IMG/VR virus record: IMGVR_UViG_2541047802_000007
Direction: 5' to 3' (one strand)
From: a virus
Lineage: Duplodnaviria > Heunggongvirae > Uroviricota > Caudoviricetes
Length of the DNA: 64,000 nt
Shown: in pieces, positions 1 to 9,604 of the stretch
Layout: each line of letters opens with the position of its first letter
Position numbering within the stretch: position 1 is the stretch's first letter
Notes under the pieces: model-generated
Databases searched by the model: none
What the model was told of the DNA's origin: nothing
The model's input: the letters and a program-made list of their open reading frames with translations, nothing else
Made by a program: the position numbers and the translations under genes

Positions 1-399
1 GCGGCAAGGCAACAGGGGGACAAAAAAGCAGGTGCGCCGGTACTGGATAACCCGCGCCTTGATGCCATCCTAGCCGCTGCTGATGCTGGTTGTTTTGCCA
101 CCTACATCATGAAGCAGGGCGGCGTACTGGTTCCCCGCAAATATCACCTCATCAGAACCGCTTATGAAATCAACGAAGAGCCGACCGCCTATGGCGATCA
201 CGGTATTCGTATTTATGGCATCTGGTCACCCATTGCAGAGGGCAAGATCTGCACTCATGCGGTGAAGTGGAAAATGGTTCGTAAGGCCGTTGACATTCAG
301 GAGGCGGCAGCCGACCAGGGCGCTTGCGCCCCTTGGACTCGTGGCAATAACTGTCCCCTTGGACTCGTGGCAATAACTGTCCCCTTGCTGAAAATTTGA
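1..399 (+). CDS. A: C-terminal fragment of replication initiation protein (P2 gpA-like); 5' end outside window
   Basis: Open frame 1 from window start to stop at 397-399; position upstream of cos as in P2/186. Confidence 0.55.
   Translation, partial: AARQQGDKKAGAPVLDNPRLDAILAAADAGCFATYIMKQGGVLVPRKYHLIRTAYEINEEPTAYGDHGIRIYGIWSPIAEGKICTHAVKWKMVRKAVDIQEAAADQGACAPWTRGNNCPLGLVAITVPLLKI
341..392. repeat. Perfect tandem duplication, 2 x 26 bp (ggactcgtggcaataactgtcccctt), inside 3' end of gene A
   Basis: Direct reading of sequence. Confidence 0.85.
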
Positions 400-752
400 A
401 CCAACAGGAGAAAGATAAATCAGCTGATGGGGACCCCAGAACGGACATTACCAGCATGGATGACAAGGAGTTGCACGATTACCTGCACAGTATGAGCAAA
501 AAAGAGCGCCGGGAACTGGCAGCAAGGTTACGCCTGGTGAAACCGAAACGGCGTAAAGACTACAAACAGCGAATTACAGACCATCAGCGACTGCAGCTCG
601 TGTATGAGCTGAAGTCCAGAGGATTTGATGGCAGCGAGAAAGAGGTCGATTTACTCCTTCGCGGAGGCAGTATTCCGTCAGGAGCAGGCCTGCGTATCTT
701 CTATCGGAACCAGCGTTTGCAGGAAGATGATCAGTGGCGGAACCTGTATTAA
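396..752 (+). CDS. Hypothetical basic protein (start codon uncertain; possible ATG at 456)
   Basis: ORF only; no recognisable family. Confidence 0.35.
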   Translation: MNQQEKDKSADGDPRTDITSMDDKELHDYLHSMSKKERRELAARLRLVKPKRRKDYKQRITDHQRLQLVYELKSRGFDGSEKEVDLLLRGGSIPSGAGLRIFYRNQRLQEDDQWRNLY

Positions 753-905
753 TTACGCGGGTTAACAATTCGTGCTCTTAATAATACCAGGCATATCAGG
801 CTGATGAACGTAAAAAATCGTTTTACATCAGTAAGATTATTATATACTGTAAATATAAACAGTGGTTATGCATACAGCATTGCGTGTGGTGTCATAGGAG
901 GAAAG

Positions 906-1094
906 ATGCAGGACTATTTTTTGGAGTCTTTGAAGCTCCAGCGCATTGATTTTTTTCTTAAGCTTGTAGCGGCTAGTGAGTGTAGTGATGAAGAGAAGGG
1001 GCTGGCTCTGCAGTGGGTTTCTGAATTGACTGATGAACTCATGGCAAAAATCAGAACCCACGAATACAACCGCTCAATGGATGTCATCAGCTGA
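906..1094 (+). CDS. Hypothetical small protein (63 aa)
   Basis: ATG at 906 preceded by GGAGG; ORF only. Confidence 0.4.
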   Translation: MQDYFLESLKLQRIDFFLKLVAASECSDEEKGLALQWVSELTDELMAKIRTHEYNRSMDVIS

Positions 1095-1104
1095 GGTGAC
1101 TTTT

Positions 1105-1338
1105 ATGCGCATTGAAATAATGATCGATAAAGAGCAGAAGATTAGCCAGTCTACCCTGGACGCCCTTGAATCCGAGCTTTACCGCAATCTGCGCCCCCTG
1201 TATCCCAAAACGGTAATTCGCATTCGCAAAGGTAGCTCTAACGGTGTGGAACTAACCGGACTGCAACTGGACGAAGAAAGAAAACAAGTGATGAAAATTA
1301 TGCAGAAGGTGTGGGAAGACGACAGCTGGCTGCATTAA
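1105..1338 (+). CDS. DinI-family protein (SOS/RecA modulator-like)
   Basis: 78-aa product with DinI/MsgA-like pattern; ATG at 1105 after GAGGTG. Confidence 0.65.
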   Translation: MRIEIMIDKEQKISQSTLDALESELYRNLRPLYPKTVIRIRKGSSNGVELTGLQLDEERKQVMKIMQKVWEDDSWLH

Positions 1339-1474
1339 GAAACGTTGCTGGCGTCTGAACTTGCTTCTGGCGTCAGCAAGGTTGAACAACGAGCCCTTGC
1401 GAGGCGTTAGCTCTGTAGTGCATGTCTATGCCGCATGAGATCGCATGATCGTTTGAGGATCGTTTTTGCTAAGG

Positions 1475-1498
1475 CCCGCCAGAACTGGCGGGCTTTTG
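1475..1498 (+). terminator. Rho-independent terminator candidate after dinI-like gene
   Basis: GC hairpin gcccgccag/ctggcgggc followed by TTTT. Confidence 0.5.
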
Positions 1499-1542
1499 CG
1501 TAGATCATGCAGGTGCATGAAAACCACTACATAAAGCGGGCA

Positions 1543-1561
1543 GGCGTGGCGGGGATACGAG
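1543..1561. other. Candidate cos site (cohesive-end sequence) of the P2/186-like phage
   Basis: GGCGTGGCGGGGATACGAG resembles recalled 186/P2 cos 19-mer (GGCGTGGCGGGGAAAGCAT / GGCGAGGCGGGGAAAGCAC); located upstream of Q as in P2. Confidence 0.5.
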
Positions 1562-1659
1562 CGCGCGTATTTGGTCGTTACTTAGCTTTTTTTTATCAAT
1601 AGATTAAGCTAACTTAAGTCTTTTTAGGAAAAAATATTTTTTCGTGATGAGGTAGAAAG

Positions 1660-3069
1660 ATGTCTTTTCTTGATATAAAAAAAATGAGTAAAGAGAGGTT
1701 TAATGCTTTTGTTGATTGGACCAGAATGCCAAATACTGAACTTTTAGGCTATGAGTTTGAGTGGTACTGTAGTCCGAGAGAGTTCCTGCTAGGGGCACTA
1801 TTATTGGATCAAATCGATGAAGATTATAGCGGTATTGTTTTAGCAAGAGACTTAAGTGGGAGATATAGATGTATTGACCTATTTACTAGTGTTTCAGAAA
1901 TGAATTCTGCACGAGCAAAACTAAAGAAATTAATGCGGAAGCATACTAAATTAAACGTAAAAGTATTTCCACAAGGTGATGAAACTTATAAAGCAATGGA
2001 TTTATTCACACCTATAGTTACACCAGATAAACTTCATCATCATTTTTCATTATTTGGTAAATATGCGAACTGGTCGCCTGCAACAGGGATAATCAAGGAA
2101 ATGATGAATCATTTTGAGGATGTCGACGGGAATTTTATAGAGCAGTTTCAGACAACAGGTTTTGATGCCCGGCTATGGGAGTTATATCTTTTCGCATATT
2201 TACGAGAGGAACACTTTTGGCTAGATAGGCAGTTTAATGCCCCTGATTATGTGGCACGTAAGTATGGTAATACTATTTGCATTGAAGCTGTAACGGTTAA
2301 TCCAACAGGGAATGATATTAATCAATCATCTGAAATGCTATCTGAACCTAAAAGTAAGGAAGAATTGCTAGAGAAAATAGAGAATTATATGCCGATTAAA
2401 TTTGGAAGTTCTCTCTATTCTAAACTGAAAAAGAAAACTCGATACTGGGATCTAGAACATGTTAAGGGGAATCCTTTAATTTTCGCAATTGCTGATTTTC
2501 ATGAACCAAACTCTATGATTTGGTCCCATAGTGCACTTTGGCAGTATCTTTATGGTATTCGCTATGAGCATGTTAAATCTGAAGATGGATGTTACAGTTT
2601 AGCAACTAAGAAAATTATATCGCATCAATTTGAGAAAAAGGAAATTCCTTCAGGCTTTTTCTTCTTGGATGAGTCTGAAAATATTTCGGCCGTCCTTAGT
2701 TCTAATAGTGGTACTATATCGAAGTTTAATCGGATGGGAAAACTGGCTGGTTTTGGAAGAAGTGACCTTAGATTATTTAGGAGTGGTTACTGCCATGATC
2801 ATGACCCAGAGGCATTATATCCAGCAGCATTTAGTTTTGAAGTGAAAGAAGGCGATATTACAGAAACATGGGCAGAAGGTTTAAATATGTATCATAATCC
2901 TAATGCTAAATATCCTGTAGATCCTGATTTATTTCCTTCAATAGCACATCATTTTCTTGAAAATGGAGAGGTTAAAAGTATAGTGCCTGACTTTCATCCG
3001 TATACATCTATTACCATAAATGTCTTAACTCAAAATAATAAAAAACAAAAAATCAGAGTAGATGAGTAA
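1660..3069 (+). CDS. Hypothetical 469-aa cargo protein, AT-rich, no recognisable family; candidate accessory/defence gene
   Basis: Long ORF with AGGTAG RBS-like sequence upstream; base composition much lower GC than flanking phage genes; located between cos and Q. Confidence 0.75.
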   Translation: MSFLDIKKMSKERFNAFVDWTRMPNTELLGYEFEWYCSPREFLLGALLLDQIDEDYSGIVLARDLSGRYRCIDLFTSVSEMNSARAKLKKLMRKHTKLNVKVFPQGDETYKAMDLFTPIVTPDKLHHHFSLFGKYANWSPATGIIKEMMNHFEDVDGNFIEQFQTTGFDARLWELYLFAYLREEHFWLDRQFNAPDYVARKYGNTICIEAVTVNPTGNDINQSSEMLSEPKSKEELLEKIENYMPIKFGSSLYSKLKKKTRYWDLEHVKGNPLIFAIADFHEPNSMIWSHSALWQYLYGIRYEHVKSEDGCYSLATKKIISHQFEKKEIPSGFFFLDESENISAVLSSNSGTISKFNRMGKLAGFGRSDLRLFRSGYCHDHDPEALYPAAFSFEVKEGDITETWAEGLNMYHNPNAKYPVDPDLFPSIAHHFLENGEVKSIVPDFHPYTSITINVLTQNNKKQKIRVDE

Positions 3070-3090
3070 TTAATTAGGTTTATTCTTGTT

Positions 3091-3111
3091 AACCACCTCA
3101 TAGAGGTGGTT
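3091..3111. terminator. Hairpin (aaccacctc-ata-gaggtggtt) between convergent cargo gene and Q; possible bidirectional terminator
   Basis: Perfect 9-bp inverted repeat. Confidence 0.4.
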
Positions 3112-3116
3112 ATTAA

Positions 3117-4154
3117 TTAGTCTAGGGATAGTTGATATTCTTTGAATGTAATAATATTATTTTTTAGCCATAAATTTAATTCTTCGAAACGTTTTTGCAA
3201 AGGTATTAATTCATTACGAACAAATACCCGACTTGCCTTCTCCACATCCCCAAACCCCCCAACATTATTCGGCAAAATTCCCATCATCTGAGGCGGTACG
3301 CGGTGTGCAGCCATCATGTCGTCCCGGCTCACGTTCTTGATGTTCAGAAATTCATCTTTCGCTGCGACTTCTGACAACGGGATGATCTGAAGCCCGTCCT
3401 TTTTGCCGTTAGGCGAGTACATAAACAGGTTGCGGAAGTTGCCAGGGCCTTTGGCGCTTTTCATCGCGTTGCGGAGGTTGTTCACATCTTCCTGGTTCTG
3501 CGCGGCGTCGGTCATATACATGATGAAGCCTGCATGACTGCCGTTAATGTAATACTTGCGGCGGAACAGCGTGGCAGACTCGTTGAGCAGGGCGGATGGA
3601 ATAGCAGAAAGATAACCGGGCAGGCCGTAGATCTCCTGGTTGATGTCCGGTTCCATCAGATGAAAGATGCTGCCTTTCGTGAACTGATATGGCTGCGTGG
3701 TCATACCGTATTGCACAAACCAGTAGGTATCCAGGTCTAACCCGCGTCGGGTGTATTTTGCCAAGGCAGGTTCAAGGGCGATAACTTCACCGAAGCGGTT
3801 CGTGCGTTTCTCCAGGTAGGCGTTACCAAATACCAGATAGTCCTGCACAAAACGCGAAAAAGCCTGCTGGCTGAGCAGCGGGTGAGGGATGTAGGTGCTG
3901 GTCAGAATGTTGCACTTTACTGCAATCGGGGAACTATGATGAACGGCAGCGCGGAAGGTGCGCGCCAGTCCGTCAAAGCTGACGGGCGGCTCATACCAGC
4001 GGTCCATCTGTACGCATTCCACATAATCCAGCAGTTCTCGGCGGTCCAGAACAGGAACGGGATCGCCGAAGCTGAATGCTTCGGCTGTAGTTTGACTTTT
4101 AAGCTGGATCTGTTTCGTCGCCGCAGCGCGGTTCTTCTTACTCTTTCCCATCAA
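3117..4154 (-). CDS. Q: Portal protein (P2 gpQ-like)
   Basis: 345-aa product similar to P2 Q; synteny with P. Confidence 0.85.
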   Translation of the reverse strand: MMGKSKKNRAAATKQIQLKSQTTAEAFSFGDPVPVLDRRELLDYVECVQMDRWYEPPVSFDGLARTFRAAVHHSSPIAVKCNILTSTYIPHPLLSQQAFSRFVQDYLVFGNAYLEKRTNRFGEVIALEPALAKYTRRGLDLDTYWFVQYGMTTQPYQFTKGSIFHLMEPDINQEIYGLPGYLSAIPSALLNESATLFRRKYYINGSHAGFIMYMTDAAQNQEDVNNLRNAMKSAKGPGNFRNLFMYSPNGKKDGLQIIPLSEVAAKDEFLNIKNVSRDDMMAAHRVPPQMMGILPNNVGGFGDVEKASRVFVRNELIPLQKRFEELNLWLKNNIITFKEYQLSLD

Positions 4155-5917
4155 AAAATCTCCACAATATTGCTGGTATTGGCGGATTCGCCCTGCAGCG
4201 GTTCGTTAAACAGTGCGTGCATCGTTGCCCAGGCCAGATCGGCGTGGCTGGCTTCTTCGCTGCGGCTGGCTTCATAGGTCGGGCGGTTGCCACTGGCGGT
4301 GGTGGCGCGGCGGATTGCCATAAAGGACTGCGCTATGTCGGTGTGTCCGGCGTCAAACTCCAGACGGCGGTGGCTGATAATGTCGTAGGCCTTGAGTACC
4401 AGGGCGTTTTTAACGTTGGGGTTGTAGACAAACTCCCGGACGGCAGGAAAAAACGCTTTCACGTTCTCGTAAACCCCGTGACCAACGCCGGTTGAGTCGA
4501 TACCGATATAGGTCACGTTGTACTGTTCGGTCAGTTTTTTGATGGCGTCAGCCTGGGCGCGGAAGTCCATTCCGCGCCACTGGTGACGCTCAAGAATGCG
4601 GAACTTACCGCCCGGCACGGCTGGCGGCGCCACCACCACGCATCCGGCGCTGTCGCCGTTCTGCGTACCTTTCGCCGGGTCATATCCGATCCACACTTCG
4701 CGCCAGCCAAACGGGCGCAGGGCCAGTGCATGAAAGTCGGTCCAGACTTCCCAACTGTCCACCATGCACGCCTGCAGCTCGCTGAGTGGGAACACAGACG
4801 CGAGATCGTCCACGAACTCACACATCAGCAGGTTCTGGTATTCGTCCGGGCTGTACTCCATGCGCAACTGGTCGAGGTCGAACAGGTTACAGCCGCCGCG
4901 CACCGCATCTTCCACAGTGACTATCTGGCGGTACTGCCCGTCTGCGCACAGCAGGCCGGGGGCCAGATTGCTGTGGGACAGGTCGATGTCCACCTTATCG
5001 GCTTTGTTGCGCCCTCGGTTGAACAGCGCACCGGACCAGAACGGATAAGCACTGTGTGTCAGGCTGGATGGCGTGGAAAAATAGGTTTGTCGCCATTTTT
5101 TGTGAATAGCCATACCGGAAGCCACTTTGCGCAGCTCCTGGAATTTCGGTATCCAGAAATATTCATCCAGATACAGGTTGCCGTGGTAACTCTGGGCCGT
5201 GCGGGCATTGGTGCCGAGGAAGTACAGCGTGGCCCCGTTAGGAAGCACCATCGGATCGCCTTTCAGCTCCACCTCCACTTCTTTGGCGAAGTCGATGATG
5301 TACTGCTTAAAGACGTGGGCCTGAGCCTTGCTGGCGGAAAGGAAAATCTGGTTACGCCCGGTTAGCAGGGCGTCAATCAGGGCTTCACGGGCAAAATAGA
5401 AGGTCGCGCCGATCTGGCGTGACTTCAGCAGGTTGCGGATGCGGTTGGTTTTTCCGGCTTCCCACCAGTGGCGCTGGTAGTTGAACATGGAGGAATGGAA
5501 GATTTCTTCCAGCTTCTCAATCTGTTCATCGGTGAAAACGTTCTTTTCCGGCTGACGGCGCGGGCCTTTGTTGCGGTTGGCGACGTTAGGGTTTAAGTCG
5601 GCTTCGTTGCCGCCATTGTTAAACTTGCCGATCCGCGCATGGCGCTCCGACTGGCGCGCCAGCAGGTCAATCTCTTTGAAATCTTTCCCTTCTTTGTGCT
5701 CCTTCATAATGAGCTGGCAGTAGCGTGCGGCGGTGGTGAGCTGCATCTGATCCAGCGGCCCATAGTCACCCCACTTGTCGCGTTTTTTCCAGCTGTGAAC
5801 GGTTGCAACTTTCTCGCCCAGCATTTCAGCAATGCGGGCTACGCGGTATCCCTGAAAGTACAGCAGCATGGCCTGCCGACGGGGATCGAGATCTGCGGGT
5901 GTCAGTGTGGTGTTCAT
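4151..5917 (-). CDS. P: Terminase large (ATPase) subunit (P2 gpP-like)
   Basis: 588-aa product, P2 P-like; overlaps Q start. Confidence 0.9.
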   Translation of the reverse strand: MNTTLTPADLDPRRQAMLLYFQGYRVARIAEMLGEKVATVHSWKKRDKWGDYGPLDQMQLTTAARYCQLIMKEHKEGKDFKEIDLLARQSERHARIGKFNNGGNEADLNPNVANRNKGPRRQPEKNVFTDEQIEKLEEIFHSSMFNYQRHWWEAGKTNRIRNLLKSRQIGATFYFAREALIDALLTGRNQIFLSASKAQAHVFKQYIIDFAKEVEVELKGDPMVLPNGATLYFLGTNARTAQSYHGNLYLDEYFWIPKFQELRKVASGMAIHKKWRQTYFSTPSSLTHSAYPFWSGALFNRGRNKADKVDIDLSHSNLAPGLLCADGQYRQIVTVEDAVRGGCNLFDLDQLRMEYSPDEYQNLLMCEFVDDLASVFPLSELQACMVDSWEVWTDFHALALRPFGWREVWIGYDPAKGTQNGDSAGCVVVAPPAVPGGKFRILERHQWRGMDFRAQADAIKKLTEQYNVTYIGIDSTGVGHGVYENVKAFFPAVREFVYNPNVKNALVLKAYDIISHRRLEFDAGHTDIAQSFMAIRRATTASGNRPTYEASRSEEASHADLAWATMHALFNEPLQGESANTSNIVEIF

Positions 5918-5963
5918 GGCACAAACCTACAGCCTTGAATGAAGGCTTTCCCCGCCTGCGGTT

Positions 5964-5981
5964 TGTGTGGTTGTCGGTACA
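5964..5981. promoter_or_regulatory. TGT-N12-ACA dyad (Ogr/Delta-type late activator site) in divergent P/O promoter region
   Basis: tgtgtggttgtcggtaca in P-O intergenic region. Confidence 0.5.
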
Positions 5982-6059
5982 AATACCGCGCATTGTTTCA
6001 CTGCCCCCATCACCGCAACCATAAGGCTCCAGTAAGTTTTTTCTAACGGAGCACGGCTC

Positions 6060-6893
6060 ATGACAGTGAAAGCAAAGCGTTTTCGCATCGGGGTGGAAGG
6101 TGCCACCACCGACGGACGCGAAATCCAGCGTGAATGGCTGGAACAGATGGCAGCCAGCTACAACCCGGCGGTGTATACCGCGCTGATTAACCTTGAGCAC
6201 ATCAAGTCTTATCTGCCGGACAGCACCTTTAACCGCTACGGCAAGGTGACGGCGCTGTTTGCTGAAGAAATCACGGAAGGTCCGCTGGCAGGCAAGATGG
6301 CGCTGTATGCCGACGTTGAGCCAACGGAGTCCCTGGTGGAACTGGTGAAAAAAGGCCAGAAATTATTCACCTCTATGGAAGTCAGCCCGAAGTTCGCTGA
6401 TACGGGCAAAGCCTATCTGGTCGGCCTGGCTGCCACTGATGACCCTGCCAGTCTGGGTACGGAAATGCTGACATTCAGCGCCAGTGCAGCCCATAACCTG
6501 CTGGCAAACCGCAAGCAGAATCCTGCCAATCTCTTTACCGCTGCAGAGGAAACGGTGATCGAACTGGAAGAAATCCAGGACGACAAACCGTCCCTGTTTG
6601 CCCGCGTCACGGCGCTGTTTACCAAAAAAGAGCAGTCCGATGACGCCCGGTTCTCTGATGTGCATAAGGCCGTGGAGCTGGTCGCCACTGAGCAGCAGAA
6701 CCTGAGCGCACGCACCGAAAAATCCCTGTCTGAGCAGGAAGAACGCCTGTCTGAGCTGGAGACTGCCCTGCAGGCACAGCAAACCGCCTTTAACGAACTG
6801 GTGGACAAGCTGAGTCATGAAGACAGTCGCCAGGACTACCGCCAGCGTGCAACAGGCGGTAACGCCCCCGCTGACACTCTGACCAATTGCTGA
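6060..6893 (+). CDS. O: Capsid scaffolding protein (P2 gpO-like)
   Basis: 277-aa product, synteny. Confidence 0.85.
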   Translation: MTVKAKRFRIGVEGATTDGREIQREWLEQMAASYNPAVYTALINLEHIKSYLPDSTFNRYGKVTALFAEEITEGPLAGKMALYADVEPTESLVELVKKGQKLFTSMEVSPKFADTGKAYLVGLAATDDPASLGTEMLTFSASAAHNLLANRKQNPANLFTAAEETVIELEEIQDDKPSLFARVTALFTKKEQSDDARFSDVHKAVELVATEQQNLSARTEKSLSEQEERLSELETALQAQQTAFNELVDKLSHEDSRQDYRQRATGGNAPADTLTNC

Positions 6894-6909
6894 TGGAGCA
6901 CAAAACCCG

Positions 6910-7968
6910 ATGAAGAAGAATACCCGCTTTGCTTTTAACGCTTACCTGCAGCAGCTGGCGCGTCTGAACGGTGTGGCAGTTGAAGAACTGTCCAGCAAGT
7001 TCACCGTGGAGCCGTCTGTGCAGCAGACGCTGGAAGACCAGATCCAGCAGTCCGCCGCTTTCCTGACGCTGATTAACGTCACGCCAGTGACTGAGCAGTC
7101 CGGTCAGCTGCTGGGGCTGGGAGTTGGCAGCACCATTGCCGGAACCACTGACACCACCGCGAAAGAGCGTGAACCTGTCGATCCGACGCTGATGGTCGAT
7201 GTGGAATATAAATGCGAGCAGACCAACTTTGACACGGTGCTGACCTACGCGAAGCTGGACCTGTGGGCGAAGTTTCAGGATTTCCAGGTGCGCATCCGTG
7301 ACGCCATCGTGAAACGTCAGGCTCTGGACCGCATCATGATCGGCTTTAACGGCGTGAAGCGTGCGAAAACCTCCAACCGTAGCGAAAACCCGCTGCTGCA
7401 GGATGTGAACAAAGGCTGGCTGCAGAAAATCCGTGAAGATGCACCGGATCACGTCATGGGCAGCACCACCACGGGCGGTGAAACCACACCGGGTGCGGTG
7501 AAAGTCGGGAAAGGTGGCGAATATGCCAACCTGGACGCCGTGGTGATGGATGCCGTCAATGAGCTTATCGATGTGGTCTACCAGGACGATGACGATCTGG
7601 TGGTGATTTGCGGTCGTGAACTGCTGTCTGACAAGTATTTCCCGCTGGTCAACAAAGAGCAGGAAAACAGTGAAAAACTGGCTGCTGATATGATCATCAG
7701 TCAGAAACGCATGGGTGGCCTGCAGGCCGTGCGTGCGCCGTTCTTCCCGCCGAATGCACTGCTGATCACCCGTCTGGATAACCTGTCCATCTACTGGCAG
7801 GAAGACACCCGCCGCCGCTCAGTTATCGACAACCCGAAACGTGACCGGATTGAAAACTTTGAATCCGTTAACGAAGCCTATGTGGTTGAGGACTACCGCT
7901 GCGCCGCACTGGTGGAAAACATCCAGATTGGCGACTTCAGCGCCGCAGCAGCAGAAACCGGAGCGTAA
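6910..7968 (+). CDS. N: Major capsid protein (P2 gpN-like)
   Basis: 352-aa product closely resembling P2 N. Confidence 0.9.
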   Translation: MKKNTRFAFNAYLQQLARLNGVAVEELSSKFTVEPSVQQTLEDQIQQSAAFLTLINVTPVTEQSGQLLGLGVGSTIAGTTDTTAKEREPVDPTLMVDVEYKCEQTNFDTVLTYAKLDLWAKFQDFQVRIRDAIVKRQALDRIMIGFNGVKRAKTSNRSENPLLQDVNKGWLQKIREDAPDHVMGSTTTGGETTPGAVKVGKGGEYANLDAVVMDAVNELIDVVYQDDDDLVVICGRELLSDKYFPLVNKEQENSEKLAADMIISQKRMGGLQAVRAPFFPPNALLITRLDNLSIYWQEDTRRRSVIDNPKRDRIENFESVNEAYVVEDYRCAALVENIQIGDFSAAAAETGA

Positions 7969-7971
7969 TTC

Positions 7972-8622
7972 ATGAGCCTGAGTCCCGCACGGCAGCATCG
8001 CCTGCGCGTTCAGGCTGAACAGGCCGCCCGCGAGGGCGGCAGCGTTCGCCACGCGTCGGGCTATGACCTGATGCTGCTGCAACTGGCGGAAGACCGCCGC
8101 CGTCTCAAGGGCGTTCAGTCCACGGTCAAAAAAGCGGAAATCAAGGTGGAGCTGCTGCCGAAGTACGCCGCCTGGGCGGAGGGTGTCCTGGCTGCCGGAG
8201 GCGCTCAACAGGATGACGTGCTGATGTACGTGATGCTGTGGCGCATTGATGCCGGAGATTATGCCGGGGCGCTGGAGATCGGGCGTCACGCCCTGCGTCA
8301 TGGCTGGGTGATGCCGTTAGGTAACCGCAACGTGCAGACCGTGCTGGCAGAGGAAATGGCAGATGCAGCCCAGAGCGCAATGCTTGCCGCCACCGGCTTT
8401 GATACCGATCTGTTGCTGAAGACCCTGGAGCTGACAGACGGTATGGATATGCCGGACCAGTCACGGGCGCGTCTGCATAAAGCGATTGGCGCTGTCCTGA
8501 GTGAAAGAAATCCGGCGTCTGCCCTTAATCATCTCAACCATGCGTTACAGCTCGATCCCCGCTGTGGCGTGAAAAAAGACAAACAGCAGCTAGAGCGCAG
8601 ACTGCGCAATGACAGCCGCTGA
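7972..8622 (+). CDS. M: Terminase small/endonuclease subunit (P2 gpM-like)
   Basis: 216-aa product resembling P2 M. Confidence 0.85.
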   Translation: MSLSPARQHRLRVQAEQAAREGGSVRHASGYDLMLLQLAEDRRRLKGVQSTVKKAEIKVELLPKYAAWAEGVLAAGGAQQDDVLMYVMLWRIDAGDYAGALEIGRHALRHGWVMPLGNRNVQTVLAEEMADAAQSAMLAATGFDTDLLLKTLELTDGMDMPDQSRARLHKAIGAVLSERNPASALNHLNHALQLDPRCGVKKDKQQLERRLRNDSR

Positions 8623-8717
8623 CAGAACGTGCCCCCGCGCACGGGCGGCACGGGGTGGCGAAAGGCACTGCCACATCAAAACCCCGTCCACCGCCCTCTA
8701 TTTCAGGAGAAAGCAGC

Positions 8718-9182
8718 ATGAAGTTTGTTGCGCCAGAACAGGCACCGGAACAGGCGGAAATCATCAGGAATACGCCGTTCTGGCCTGATGTGGACCTGTC
8801 GGAGTTTCGCAGTGTGATGCGCACTGACGGCACGGTGACGCAGCCGCGTTTAAAACAGGTTGCCCTGTCGGCAATTTCGGAGGTCAACGCAGAGCTGTAT
8901 GAGTTTCGCAGACGCCAGCAGATGCTGGGGTATGCCTCGCTGGCAGAAGTCCCGGCGGAACAACTGGACGGCAAAAGCGAGCGCATTCAGCACTATTTCA
9001 ACGCGGTTTACTGCTGGGCACGCGCCATGCTCAACGAACGTTACCAGGACTATGACGCCACGGCATCCGGTGCGAAGCGAGGCGAGGAACTGGCGGAAGC
9101 AAGCGGTGATTTATGGCGTGACGCCCGCTGGGCCATCAGCCGGGTGCAGGATGCGCCGCACTGCACAGTGGAGCTTATCTGA
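8718..9182 (+). CDS. L: Head completion/stabilisation protein (P2 gpL-like)
   Basis: ATG at 8718 after AGGAGA; synteny. Confidence 0.8.
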   Translation: MKFVAPEQAPEQAEIIRNTPFWPDVDLSEFRSVMRTDGTVTQPRLKQVALSAISEVNAELYEFRRRQQMLGYASLAEVPAEQLDGKSERIQHYFNAVYCWARAMLNERYQDYDATASGAKRGEELAEASGDLWRDARWAISRVQDAPHCTVELI

Positions 9183-9385
9183 TGAAAGTGCGTGCGCATC
9201 AGTATGACACGGTGGACGCACTTTGCTGGCGTCATTACGGGCGCACGCAGGGTGTCACGGAGCAGGTACTGAAGGCAAATCCGGGGCTTGCCGAATACGG
9301 CCCCTTTTTACCTCACGGGCTGCAGGTGGAGCTGCCGGACATTCCGACCACCACCACCGTGCAGACCGTCCAGCTATGGGACTGA
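9182..9385 (+). CDS. X: Tail protein X (P2 gpX-like)
   Basis: 67-aa product, synteny. Confidence 0.75.
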   Translation: MKVRAHQYDTVDALCWRHYGRTQGVTEQVLKANPGLAEYGPFLPHGLQVELPDIPTTTTVQTVQLWD

Positions 9386-9388
9386 ATT

Positions 9389-9604
9389 ATGACGCTTGAG
9401 CGAATCAGCGCCTTTATCACGTATTGCATCGCCGTCGTGCTGGCCTGGCTGGGCGATTTGTCCATCAAGGATGCCTCAACGCTGGGCGGCCTGATGATCG
9501 GTGTGCTGATGCTGGCTATCAACTGGTACTACAAACACAAAGCCTACCAGCTTCTGCGCGACGGGCAGATCTCGCGGGAGGACTATGAATCCATCAATCG
9601 TTAA
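9389..9604 (+). CDS. Y: Holin (two predicted TM helices)
   Basis: 71-aa hydrophobic product at holin position of lysis cassette. Confidence 0.65.
   Translation: MTLERISAFITYCIAVVLAWLGDLSIKDASTLGGLMIGVLMLAINWYYKHKAYQLLRDGQISREDYESINR

Noticed and set aside
341-392. Possible CRISPR array from repeated 26-mers
   Set aside because: Only two directly adjacent copies with no spacers, inside a coding region; no cas genes.
4583-5365. 260-aa ORF on the plus strand inside the terminase gene P (and similar antisense ORFs 4217..4495, 4764..5048)
   Set aside because: Fully embedded antisense to a well-supported gene; typical spurious ORFs in GC-rich coding DNA.
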